NCBI GenBank assembly: GCA_963663225.1
Contig: OY760142.1
Location: forward strand, 928,001-992,000
Direction of reading: 5' to 3'
DNA: 64,000 nucleotides
Source: Nitrospirota bacterium
GTDB taxonomy: Bacteria; Nitrospirota; UBA9217
Shown here piece after piece: positions 39,021 to 48,436 of this stretch. The translations under genes were made by a program, and so were the position numbers. The notes under the pieces were generated by a model. The model saw only the letters and a program-made list of their open reading frames with translations. It was not told where the DNA came from and did no database searches. Numbering within the stretch: the first letter of the stretch is position 1; every line of letters starts with the position of its first letter.

Positions 39021-40692
39021 TGGTTATTGCGTCCTCCTTTTGCTCCCGCGCGGCTTTATCAAGATGTTTGATAAGGACCGTTTTTATGCCCCGTGTTGTC
39101 TTTTCAAATTTCACATCATCGGCGAACCGTTTCATCAGCTTGATTCCCCATCCTCTGCCGGAGGTCTTTGCGGCTTCCCTGCCGCCAAAAGGCTCTCCGG
39201 TTTCCTGCACAATAAATTCCTGCCCGGAGCTTTCGATGGAGACTTCCAGTCGCCCTTCATCCGCGACAATGCTCACATATACTTTTCGCTCCGCCCCTCT
39301 GCTGTGCTCCATGGCGTTGATGCAGGCTTCAATAACCGCTATCTGCAGCTGTCCGGTGATGTCCTGGCTGAGATGCAGATTTTTTCCTATCTGATCGATG
39401 CACTGAGCCGCCACCAGTTCCGCTTCCTTGGTCATCGGCAGGGTCAAATCAAAGCGGCTGACTCCCGATTTTTCAGGGAGCAGCCGTTCCATAAGCTCCC
39501 GTTCAAGATCATGCGCGGATTTTGCGAGGACTTCTTTCAGATAGAGGCAGTCGATAATGTCATGCAGCACGTTGTCTTCCACAGGCCGGAACACGCCGAA
39601 TTCTCCCTGAATAATGCCCGCACGGTACAGGGTGTGCGCGAGCGTTTCCGCCTGGTTCTCGGTCATCGAAAATGTTGCGGCTATGCGGCTGCAGGAAAAC
39701 GGCTCTTTCGCATGATATATCTTATAACTTACTGCGATGGCGTGCTTTCGTTTTCCCAGATCCTGAAAAAAGCCCTTCAGGACCGACGACCAGTACAGCG
39801 CAAGCCCTCCCTCAGTGATTTCCTTGATGTAGACACCCCACAACTCCTTGTTGCCGGGGTCTTTTTTCAGGGCGAGCGCTTTGCCGATGCACTCTAGGTA
39901 AAAGGGATTTCCTCCGAGGTGACGTATGAGGAGGGGAGGCATTTCAGTATCAAGATTATGCACACGGAGAATGGCCTGCGCTCTGGACGCTGCATCCGCA
40001 AGATCAAGCGGGGTGAGGGAGAACCGTTCGAGGGAATTCGTAACCGGCATCTCCCGGAGTTCTGCGGCGTTGCCCGTAATCACGTGCAGCGCTTTACTGA
40101 GCGAAAACGGCTTCTCAAAAAGGGAAACCAAGTGAGGATCTTCGGCTCCGTGTATGGAAAGCCCCTGCAATCGCTGAAATTCATCGAATAAAACGGCAAC
40201 CGGCATGCCGCTCAGAAGCGCCGACCGGTAGGGGGCGGCAAGCGCAATCCTGAGCGCACCGATGGGATCGCTGCTGTTCTGCTCGTACTGCTGCAGAATT
40301 TCCTTTGCCCAGGCTGCGTCGCGGTCTTCCAGAAGCATTGACAAATCCGCGAGCGAGGTGCCATCGCGCCAGAACAACGACTGCTCTTTTTTCTCGAAGG
40401 CGATCCGTTGATACAGGAACTGCATCAGGTACGTTTTGGAAAACGTTTCCGCAGACAGCAGTGCGGGATTGGCGACATAATAAAAAGGAGCGACATGGTC
40501 TTGCTTCCAGAAGAGCAGGCCGAACAGCTGCTTCAGCAGCTCTGTTTTGCCGATGCCTCTCGATCCGGACAGAACAATGCCCGCTCCCGCACCGGCATCG
40601 GCCTGCAGGACTTTGTTGAACAAAAACGTCAACTCCTCCTGCCGTCCCGAAAATTCATTATCTGAAAGCGTGCTGAATGGCATATCAGGCAA
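39013..40692 (-). CDS. STAND-type P-loop ATPase fused to an RsbW-like HATPase_c domain
   Basis: FSGRQEEL, Walker A GSRGIGKT, Walker B VLFDEFQ, GGNPFYL; C-terminal IEACINAMEHS and GRGWGIKLM. Alternative start at 40683. Confidence 0.8.
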   Translation of the reverse strand: MPDMPFSTLSDNEFSGRQEELTFLFNKVLQADAGAGAGIVLSGSRGIGKTELLKQLFGLLFWKQDHVAPFYYVANPALLSAETFSKTYLMQFLYQRIAFEKKEQSLFWRDGTSLADLSMLLEDRDAAWAKEILQQYEQNSSDPIGALRIALAAPYRSALLSGMPVAVLFDEFQRLQGLSIHGAEDPHLVSLFEKPFSLSKALHVITGNAAELREMPVTNSLERFSLTPLDLADAASRAQAILRVHNLDTEMPPLLIRHLGGNPFYLECIGKALALKKDPGNKELWGVYIKEITEGGLALYWSSVLKGFFQDLGKRKHAIAVSYKIYHAKEPFSCSRIAATFSMTENQAETLAHTLYRAGIIQGEFGVFRPVEDNVLHDIIDCLYLKEVLAKSAHDLERELMERLLPEKSGVSRFDLTLPMTKEAELVAAQCIDQIGKNLHLSQDITGQLQIAVIEACINAMEHSRGAERKVYVSIVADEGRLEVSIESSGQEFIVQETGEPFGGREAAKTSGRGWGIKLMKRFADDVKFEKTTRGIKTVLIKHLDKAAREQKEDAITNE

Positions 40693-42712
40693 AAACCTCT
40701 ATGGCGTTTTTTCCTTTATTCTTGGCCCGGTACAAAGCCTTGTCTGCATTTTCTATGAGTTTCTCGAGCGTTTCCCCGTGCTGGGGATAGCAGACAATCC
40801 CGATGCTGGCTGTGATCGCCCGCGATTCCAGCGGCTCCATGTCATCAGGGACCGTCATCTGCTTCGCAATATTGAAGCGAAGCCGTTCCGCGATTTCGAT
40901 GGCGAGCGGTTCCGGAGTCTCCGGCAGGATTACGATGAACTCATCTCCTCCGAACCTCGCAACAACGTCCATGGACCGGAGGGTGTTCAGCAACGTTTCC
41001 GCCAGCGTCTTGAGTATCTTGTCGCCGAAAAGATGGCCGAAGGTATCATTGCAGTATTTGAATCCGTCCAAGTCCAGCATGAGGAGGCTCAGGCTGTGGT
41101 TATGCCGTTCTGACCGGGCCAGTTCATCTTTCAGCCGCTCAAACAGGTACCGGCGGTTCAAGAGGCCCGTCAGAGAGTCCGTTATCGTCAGCTTTTTAAG
41201 CTCCTCAGCCTTCGTGTATAAGTCGTTTCTCTCCATGACGATGGCGGCGTGCGTCGCGAACGATTGCACCAGTTTCAGGTCTTCTTCATCAAAAACTTCG
41301 CCGGTAGTTTTGTCCGAGAGGTTCAGCACCCCGATGGTGCGGTCTTCGATTTTAAGCGGAACGCTGACAAACGACGGTGTTTTGTAATGCTGTCTGTTTT
41401 TTTGGCGTGTTCTTGGATCGTTTTCGACGTTTTCAACGAGCAGCGGTTCGCCAAGCTCCATCACCTTCCCGGCGATCCCTTCACCGCGATTGATCCGCAG
41501 CTTCAGACCCACTCCCGCAACGACTCCTTTTTTCACTTCAAGGAGAAGCGCATCCGTCGCCTGATCCAGCAGCATGAGCGACCCCTGCTCGGCCTTCAGC
41601 AGTTCCGCTGATTTTTCGAGAATCGTGCGGAGCAGCGTTTCGTGGTTCTGAATGGGCGTTATCGCCTTCGTGAGGTCCGCAAGCGTGGCAAACCGGTTGA
41701 ATTTCTTGTAGAGATCCTGGTGAAGGCGATGGTTCTCAATCGAAAGCGCCGTTTGCTGGCAGAACGTGGCGATGATCTGCTTGTCGCCCTCCTTGAGGAC
41801 CATGTCCGCGATGCGCACGATGGCCTCCAGTTTTTTGCTGATCAGAACAGGGAAAAAATAAAGCGCACCCATGCCGTTCAGGAAATCAGCGCGGGGGTCC
41901 CGCACCGGTTCCGCGGAAAGAACAAACGGTTTGCCGCTGTTGAGTTCGCGGACCATCGCGTCGTGTTCGCTGATCGCAACGGCTTCCATCGGCCGTTTGC
42001 TTCGCGTCAAACTGAACTGGCTGAGGTACCTCCCCTGTTTCTTGTCCAGCGGAAGGATGGCGATTGATTCTATGTCGAGCAGAGTGGAGAGCTTTTCCAC
42101 CATGTCCCGGTACAGCGCTTCGGGGCGCTCTTCGGATGCGCTGCCCCAGGTTCCCAGAATATGCTTGAGGTTCTCGAATTTTTTTCTGAGGGTAACGTTT
42201 TCCTGTGAATTCTTAAGAAGCCTGTTCACGACATCAGCCACAAAGCCGCAAACCTTGTAGGCATGCTCAAACGTCGTGAAGGTAAGCGGCGTCGGGATGG
42301 AAATCGTGTCAAGGCCCGCTATGCTGACAAGGTTCATGCATTCACGGAAATCCTCGTACGAGGAAAAAGATCCCTGCCCCAGGATAATTGCCTTTTCATG
42401 CATGTACTCGATCGGAAGGGAAAAGCATACGATCTTCGCATAGCATTTGTAGATCTCGGGTTTCCCGGTCTGCAGCGGTTTTGTCATTAACGGATCACAG
42501 TACGATTTGCACTGATCCTTGAGCGCCGGCGCGGACTTCTGGAACGCGCGGCACAGCGGCAGCGCGCCCGGGGAGGCGAAGAGCAGTTGCCTGGTCTGAG
42601 AATAGATGCTCAGGGAGAAGCCGAGGCTGTCAGAGAGCGTCGTGAAGTGGTCTCGCCACGTCTCGGTCGTGAAGAGGTCCTTCAGTTCATCTCCTTTAAT
42701 TGCGTTCAGCAC
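40685..42712 (-). CDS. Diguanylate cyclase, PocR-GAF-GAF-GGDEF
   Basis: Cys-containing PocR-like N-terminus (LC...CKSYC...YKC...PI); two GAFs; DSLTGLLNRR, DLDGFK, I-site RSMD, GGDEF; GTG start with GGAGG. Confidence 0.9.
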   Translation of the reverse strand: MLNAIKGDELKDLFTTETWRDHFTTLSDSLGFSLSIYSQTRQLLFASPGALPLCRAFQKSAPALKDQCKSYCDPLMTKPLQTGKPEIYKCYAKIVCFSLPIEYMHEKAIILGQGSFSSYEDFRECMNLVSIAGLDTISIPTPLTFTTFEHAYKVCGFVADVVNRLLKNSQENVTLRKKFENLKHILGTWGSASEERPEALYRDMVEKLSTLLDIESIAILPLDKKQGRYLSQFSLTRSKRPMEAVAISEHDAMVRELNSGKPFVLSAEPVRDPRADFLNGMGALYFFPVLISKKLEAIVRIADMVLKEGDKQIIATFCQQTALSIENHRLHQDLYKKFNRFATLADLTKAITPIQNHETLLRTILEKSAELLKAEQGSLMLLDQATDALLLEVKKGVVAGVGLKLRINRGEGIAGKVMELGEPLLVENVENDPRTRQKNRQHYKTPSFVSVPLKIEDRTIGVLNLSDKTTGEVFDEEDLKLVQSFATHAAIVMERNDLYTKAEELKKLTITDSLTGLLNRRYLFERLKDELARSERHNHSLSLLMLDLDGFKYCNDTFGHLFGDKILKTLAETLLNTLRSMDVVARFGGDEFIVILPETPEPLAIEIAERLRFNIAKQMTVPDDMEPLESRAITASIGIVCYPQHGETLEKLIENADKALYRAKNKGKNAIEVFA

Positions 42713-43231
42713 GAGGCCTCCGACGAACCACATCCTTTGCTGCAGAACAACGTTTTGAATAGCTAAACCGACGCATCGCGCAATGCGGAAGCCTGGCGGA
42801 GTTGCAGAGTGTCCGTGTGAATCACGAGGAGTGCGGAATACTCAGGGGAACTGTATTCAGCCGTCTATTCACCCTCGGATATCAAACGCCGTGCAGATGC
42901 CTTGCCGCGCTGCAAAAAAACCTTGTAAGATATTGTTTTAATTCGCCAGAACGGAAAAAGAAACTTTTAAACCGCATTATAATTACCATAAGACTGATAG
43001 GGCGTCAAGGAAAATCAAGGGAAGAATATACCAGAAAAAATTGGCGATTTGCGGGCCTGGGCGATGCTTCGGAAAGCGACCAAAAAACATTTTTTTTTGC
43101 TTTTTTTCTGCGTGTATTATCGCCGCTGTGAACGAAAAAAAACATCGTGCGAAGCATTCTGAAATGGAGCCCGCTCCGGCAGGAGCAGAGGGTCGCAGGG
43201 AAGGGATTGGTGGATGCAATTGTTCCCTTTT

Positions 43232-44089
43232 TTACAGCGCAATCGGCGGCTTCTGGTCTGCGTGCAGCACATCATGCGCAGGGTCTTCCAGCTGCGCATA
43301 GCTGGAAACCGTGCCGAGCTTCCAGGTATAGACTTTGCTGCACTTGACGCACGCCACTCCGGTGACTTCGTCTTTGCAGACAGGGCAATACACTTCATAG
43401 CGCCGTGAAAGTTGGGAATCGTATTTCCGAATATTTATTCGTATCCCCCGGCAGGAAATTTCATTGTTCAGCTTTGCTCCGCAGATGCATTGCAGGTCAA
43501 GCGGCCAGGGAAGCATTTCCTCGAGAGTACACGCCGCTTCACAAAGAAGGTCTTCAAGCTCATCATGTTCGGTATATCCCAGCAGCTTTTCGGTAAGTTT
43601 TTCTCGAATGCTGATCATCAGGGCGTCTTCTTTCAAAAACCGAAGCATCTTCAGCAGCCGCTTTTCTCCTTCTCCTATCCGGGAGAGCGTGCGAAAATTT
43701 TTGTGGTTTTTATAATACTCCTGCAAGTAAATCAGCAGCCAGATTTGCGTCATGTCATAAAAAAATTCCAGCACGGGGTAGTAGCCGTATTTTGCTTTAA
43801 TGGCCCGTTCCACATCCGCACGGTCTTCCGGTATGGCGGGAAATACGGCAATCAAGAGCCCTTCCTCGAAGTCTTCGTAAAAAAATGGGGTGCCTGAAAA
43901 ATGACTGTATCCGCAATGGGTGCACTGAACATTGTTGAATTCCCAGTTTAAAAGCGCGGTTTTTGCCTGCGAAGTTTTGGTAACGTCGACCCAGGTTATG
44001 ATGCGGGCCTCAAACTCGCAATTGCACTTGTGGCACTGAAAGGTTTCAGTACTGTAGGCTTCCGCATTTCGTGCAAGCAAATTGAACAT
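43232..44089 (-). CDS. CpXC-like zinc-ribbon protein with Cys-rich C-terminus
   Basis: CHKC...CTHC, PFFYED; C-terminal CICG, CPVC, CVKC. Start uncertain: ATG 44089 is 6 nt after a TATAAT. Confidence 0.7.
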   Translation of the reverse strand: MFNLLARNAEAYSTETFQCHKCNCEFEARIITWVDVTKTSQAKTALLNWEFNNVQCTHCGYSHFSGTPFFYEDFEEGLLIAVFPAIPEDRADVERAIKAKYGYYPVLEFFYDMTQIWLLIYLQEYYKNHKNFRTLSRIGEGEKRLLKMLRFLKEDALMISIREKLTEKLLGYTEHDELEDLLCEAACTLEEMLPWPLDLQCICGAKLNNEISCRGIRINIRKYDSQLSRRYEVYCPVCKDEVTGVACVKCSKVYTWKLGTVSSYAQLEDPAHDVLHADQKPPIAL

Positions 44090-44245
44090 AATTTTATTAT
44101 ACACTTTTTTTTAAAACTTACTTCAAAATACTCTTGCGTTTGTGGTAATATAGCCCCCGTTACACGGGCCGACAAGCATATTGATGCAGAAAGATACATT
44201 TTATGAACTATATTTTCAAGAATTCTTTTATGAAAGGGACTTTTC

Positions 44246-46507
44246 ATGCCTGTTAAAGATGATACAATCCTGACTGCCGCGCTCCACTCGGAAGTCGAGA
44301 CCAGGTTTCTTACCTATGCGCTTTCGACCATTGTCTCCCGTTCTCTTCCGGATGTCCGCGACGGATTGAAGCCGGTGCACCGCAGAATACTGTTTGCGAT
44401 GTGGGAGATGGGCCTCGGCCCCACTGCCAAATTCAGGAAAAGCGCCGCGGTCGTCGGTGAGGTGCTGGGCAAATTCCACCCGCATGGAGATCAGGCCGCC
44501 TATGACGCCATGGTCAGAATGGCGCAGGACTTTTCGCTGCGGTACCCCCTGGTGGAAGGGTCGGGAAACTTCGGCAGTCTCGACGGCGACCCTGCGGCCG
44601 CCATGCGATACACGGAAGCAAGGCTCTCCCGGATTGCGGAAGAGCTCCTTGTAGAAATCGACAAGGAGACCGTAGGTTTCCGACCCAACTACGACAACTC
44701 GCTCAAAGAACCGTCCGTGCTGCCCGCCCGTTTCCCGCAGCTTCTTGTGAACGGGACGTCGGGAATCGCGGTCGGCATGAGCTGCTCCTTCCCTCCGCAC
44801 AACCTCGGTGAAATAGTTGACGGCCTCGTGGCCCTCATCGACGACTCCAACATCGATGTCAAGGACCTGCTCAAATACATAAAGGGCCCGGACTTCCCGA
44901 CCGCAGGGCAGATACTGAACTCCAAAAAAGAGATGAAAGAGATCTATCAGACCGGCAGCGGCGGAATCAGAATCCGCGGCGAATATACGGTTGAAGATCT
45001 TCCGCGCGGGAAGCAGGCCATTGTGTTTTCCTCCATCCCGTACATGGTGAACAAGGCGAAGCTGCTGGAGAAGCTCCTCGGCCTGATGGAGGACAAGAAA
45101 CTTCCCCAGGTCACCGCGGTCCGGGATGAGTCAACTCATGAAGTCAGGCTTGTGCTTGAACTGAAAGCAGATACGAACGCAGAACTCGTGACAGCCTATA
45201 TTTTCAAGCACACGGACCTCGAGTCCACCTTCCCGATGAATTTCACGGCGCTCAAGCCCAACATGGAGCCGGAGCGGCTGTCCCTGAAGGAATTGATGCA
45301 GTACTTCCTCGACTTCCGGTTTGAGATCACCACCAAACGGCTCAACTACGATCTGCGTCTCCTGAAAGCGCGGCTGCACATATTAAAAGCGTTCGAGCTG
45401 CTGTACGATGATCTCGATACCGCCATCAAAATAATCCGCAGGGCAAAATCACGCGAGGACGCCACGGAGAAGCTGAAAAAGCATTTTAAATTCGATGATG
45501 AACAGGTAAAAGCCATTCTCGAAATGCAGTTATACAGGCTCGTGGGCCTTGAGATTGAACGCATCCTGAAGGAAAAAGCGGAAAAAACGAAACTGAAAAA
45601 AGATATAGAGGCAATTCTCGCGAGCCAGAAAAAGATCTGGGGTTTGATCAAAACAGAGCTGGTTGAAATCCAGGAAAAGTACGGCGACAAGCGCAAGTCC
45701 GTGATCAAGGCGGCTGAGGACGTGGAATTCACCCAGGAAGACTTCATCGTGCATGAGGACATTACCGTGATCCTCACGAAAATGGGATGGATAAGGCGCG
45801 TGAAGACCGTGGGAGAAAACCTGCGGTTCAAGGAAGGAGACGACCTCCTGTCGCTCCTGCCTGCGAACACCCGGGACAGTATCGCCATTTTTTCCTCGGC
45901 AGGAAAAGTGTATGTGATAAAGGCCCATGATCTTCCCTCCGGAGCAGGTTTCGGCGAACCGGTCCAGAGCCTGTTTAAATTCGGCGATGGGGAGCGTCCG
46001 GTGTCCACGATGAACTTCTCAACCGTTTTCGGCGGAGGCGCCGCCGCAGGCGACGAACAGGGAAAACAGCCCCAGCTTTCACTCGGAGCGGAAAACGCTG
46101 TTGCACTCAGCGTTTCGGCAAAAGGGATCGGATTCAAGTTCGAACTTTCCCAGTTCAACGCCGTGACCACGCGCGCGGGAAAGAAATTCGCCGGGGTCAA
46201 AACCGGAGACAGCATTATGGGCGTGGACATCATCGACCTGCCGAATGTGCTGTTCCTCACCACGGAGGGCAAGGCAGTTGTCGTGGCCGCAAAAGACATC
46301 CCCCTTCTTTCCGGCGCAGGCAAGGGAGTCAAGCTCGTGAATGTCAAAGCCGGGGAAGTGGCGCTCTTCCGTCCTGTGCGCAAAGGCGACCAGGTACGGG
46401 TGATCGACGAAAAAGACAAGGAAAAAACCATCGACCTCAAGGGCTACGGCGTAATGACACGCGGCAGTGTCGGCCTGAAGGCGGTAAAGGCAGTCAGGTT
46501 CGTGTAG
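44246..46507 (+). CDS. parC: Type IIA topoisomerase subunit A, Topo IV ParC-like
   Basis: [17 protein letters not shown], catalytic AAMRYTE, GPDFPT; 753 aa, short CTD, no QxRGGKG GyrA-box seen. Confidence 0.75.
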   Translation: MPVKDDTILTAALHSEVETRFLTYALSTIVSRSLPDVRDGLKPVHRRILFAMWEMGLGPTAKFRKSAAVVGEVLGKFHPHGDQAAYDAMVRMAQDFSLRYPLVEGSGNFGSLDGDPAAAMRYTEARLSRIAEELLVEIDKETVGFRPNYDNSLKEPSVLPARFPQLLVNGTSGIAVGMSCSFPPHNLGEIVDGLVALIDDSNIDVKDLLKYIKGPDFPTAGQILNSKKEMKEIYQTGSGGIRIRGEYTVEDLPRGKQAIVFSSIPYMVNKAKLLEKLLGLMEDKKLPQVTAVRDESTHEVRLVLELKADTNAELVTAYIFKHTDLESTFPMNFTALKPNMEPERLSLKELMQYFLDFRFEITTKRLNYDLRLLKARLHILKAFELLYDDLDTAIKIIRRAKSREDATEKLKKHFKFDDEQVKAILEMQLYRLVGLEIERILKEKAEKTKLKKDIEAILASQKKIWGLIKTELVEIQEKYGDKRKSVIKAAEDVEFTQEDFIVHEDITVILTKMGWIRRVKTVGENLRFKEGDDLLSLLPANTRDSIAIFSSAGKVYVIKAHDLPSGAGFGEPVQSLFKFGDGERPVSTMNFSTVFGGGAAAGDEQGKQPQLSLGAENAVALSVSAKGIGFKFELSQFNAVTTRAGKKFAGVKTGDSIMGVDIIDLPNVLFLTTEGKAVVVAAKDIPLLSGAGKGVKLVNVKAGEVALFRPVRKGDQVRVIDEKDKEKTIDLKGYGVMTRGSVGLKAVKAVRFV

Positions 46508-46541
46508 CAGAAAACAGCGGCCCTGTGATCCTTTTATAATT

Positions 46542-46961
46542 ATGAAAAGTTACCGAAAAGAACTCTGGTTCAATATCCCCGCGCGCCGGGGGTTCGTGAA
46601 TATCACTCCGCAGGTCGAAGCCTGCCTTCGCGAAAGCGGAGTCAGGGAAGGCATGATTCTGGTAAATGCAATGCATATTACCGCTTCAGTCTTCATCAAC
46701 GACGATGAATCCGGGCTGCATCATGATTATGACGTCTGGCTGGAGAAGCTCGCGCCCCACGAGCCGGTTTCACAGTATCAGCACAACCGGACCGGCGAGG
46801 ACAACGGCGACGCCCATCTGAAGCGGCAGGTGATGGGACGCGAAGTCGTGGTGGCTGTGACAGACGGCAGACTTGATTTCGGCCCCTGGGAGCAGATTTT
46901 CTACGGCGAGTTCGACGGGAGAAGAAGGAAGCGGGTCTTGGTGAAAATCATCGGGGAATAA
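46542..46961 (+). CDS. yjbQ: YjbQ/UPF0047 family protein
   Basis: [32 protein letters not shown]. Confidence 0.92.
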   Translation: MKSYRKELWFNIPARRGFVNITPQVEACLRESGVREGMILVNAMHITASVFINDDESGLHHDYDVWLEKLAPHEPVSQYQHNRTGEDNGDAHLKRQVMGREVVVAVTDGRLDFGPWEQIFYGEFDGRRRKRVLVKIIGE

Positions 46962-46971
46962 CTGAGCTGCT

Positions 46972-47274
46972 TTACCCGCAGCAGCTGCCGCTTTTTCCTG
47001 ACGTGTCGCTGCACCCGCAGGTCGGCTCCCCGCCAGTAATCATGCTGTTGATGATGGCGGCGGCGCATCCCACGCCGGCCTTGACAATAATGGCGCCGAA
47101 ATCGCAGTTCCGGGCGCAGGCGCCGCATTCCAGACACAAATCCTTGTCCGTAACAGCGGCCCGCTTTTCATGCATGACAAAAACTCCGCGCGGGCAAACC
47201 TCGACGCACCGTCCGCACCCCGCGCATTTGTCCGCGGCATATTCCAGTGTCGTAACATCAGCGAGATATTTCAT
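46972..47274 (-). CDS. hgcB: Mercury methylation ferredoxin HgcB
   Basis: Two CxxCxxCxxxC motifs including CLECGAC, GVGCA, C-terminal CGC...CCG; start overlaps the hgcA stop (ATGA). Confidence 0.95.
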   Translation of the reverse strand: MKYLADVTTLEYAADKCAGCGRCVEVCPRGVFVMHEKRAAVTDKDLCLECGACARNCDFGAIIVKAGVGCAAAIINSMITGGEPTCGCSDTSGKSGSCCG

Positions 47275-48425
47275 AGAATCCCCCATTCAGCAATCTTGTA
47301 CAAAACCACCAGCAGCAGCGTTATTCCGGCCGAGCTGATATAAACCGGAAGGCCGAGCTTCAGCTCTTTTTGCACCCCGGACATGCCGGTAAATGTCGTT
47401 GACCCGGTGAATTGAAGCGCAATATACGAACTCAGCAGAGGAAAAAACAGCCACGCTATGACAAGAAGCAGGACGCTGCTTTGCAGCGCCGCGTTCAAAA
47501 ACAGCATGACTGCCGACAGGGCCACCACGCCCATGAGCCACCCTTTCACCGCAAACGAGCGGACCGGGATGAACGGGAGCAATACCGGTGTCAGGAATGC
47601 TCCCGCGACGATTGCCGCAAACCCGAGCAGCAGAAACGGCAGGCCGCCGGTCCATGCCTGCTGGAACAGAATGCCGGAAGGCTGAAGACCGAAGATGAGC
47701 AGAACCGCTGCGGCAAACCACGGATACTTTTTCATGAACGGGTTGATCTCCATCGGAGTGAGAACAAGCCTGTCAAGCAGGGAAAACTGCATAAGACTCA
47801 TCTCCTTCGTTTTCCTGTACCCTGCCCTGATGTAGGCAGGAATATCGGCGGCCTGCACCGGGCCGTAGGAGACGGTGAACCCTGTTTTCTTTTTGACTTC
47901 TCCCGAACTCACTCCCACGGCCCCGAGTTGAGGAACAATGATCCTGCGGTGACTGACCACGGCGTCCAGCTTTGCTCCCTGGATGCGCTTTATCAGTTCA
48001 TCCGTGCCGAACGTCCCCTTGCCTGCCGCGCACCAGACATTGATTCCCTTGGTATCCAGCACCAGAATCCACGCGTTCATTCCCCTCAGTTCGCGCCGGA
48101 GCACATCGAAGCTGAACTTGTAATTGGCGCTCACGAAGACATCGGATTCGTTTGATGGTTCTCCCACCGCGTACAAGCCCGGTGAAACAGTGTACCGCGT
48201 GCGGAAAGCGCTGATTCTGCATTTGATCATGCCCCAGTAGTCTGACCGGGTCCATTCGGTTGAAACGTTCCGGATTGTGCCGGATGTCGAGCGATCCCAG
48301 CCAAGAGTAATCTGCGGCAGCGCCTTTTCCGTGGAGCAGCATGTTTTCGGGGCAGGAGCTGCACAGCAGGATTCATCCGGTTGCTTGTTCTCGCGAGGAA
48401 GAATGGTCAGTTTAATTTTTTGCAT
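47271..48425 (-). CDS. hgcA: Mercury methylation corrinoid protein HgcA
   Basis: Cap helix GINVWCAAGKGTFG, PGLYAVG, ANYKFSFD, PQLGA, C-terminal TM helices, FTGSTTFT; start set to ATG 48425. Confidence 0.97.
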   Translation of the reverse strand: MQKIKLTILPRENKQPDESCCAAPAPKTCCSTEKALPQITLGWDRSTSGTIRNVSTEWTRSDYWGMIKCRISAFRTRYTVSPGLYAVGEPSNESDVFVSANYKFSFDVLRRELRGMNAWILVLDTKGINVWCAAGKGTFGTDELIKRIQGAKLDAVVSHRRIIVPQLGAVGVSSGEVKKKTGFTVSYGPVQAADIPAYIRAGYRKTKEMSLMQFSLLDRLVLTPMEINPFMKKYPWFAAAVLLIFGLQPSGILFQQAWTGGLPFLLLGFAAIVAGAFLTPVLLPFIPVRSFAVKGWLMGVVALSAVMLFLNAALQSSVLLLVIAWLFFPLLSSYIALQFTGSTTFTGMSGVQKELKLGLPVYISSAGITLLLVVLYKIAEWGIL

Positions 48426-48436
48426 ACATGCCTTTC

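Noticed and set aside
42713-43231. c-di-GMP riboswitch or small ORF upstream of the cyclase
   Set aside because: No GEMM-type consensus recognised, and the short ORFs have no motifs. An Rfam scan would be needed to exclude it fully.
47271-48425. HgcA as a CdhD/CdhE subunit or a fused HgcAB
   Set aside because: It has the diagnostic NVWCAAGK, C-terminal TM helices and a separate downstream hgcB.
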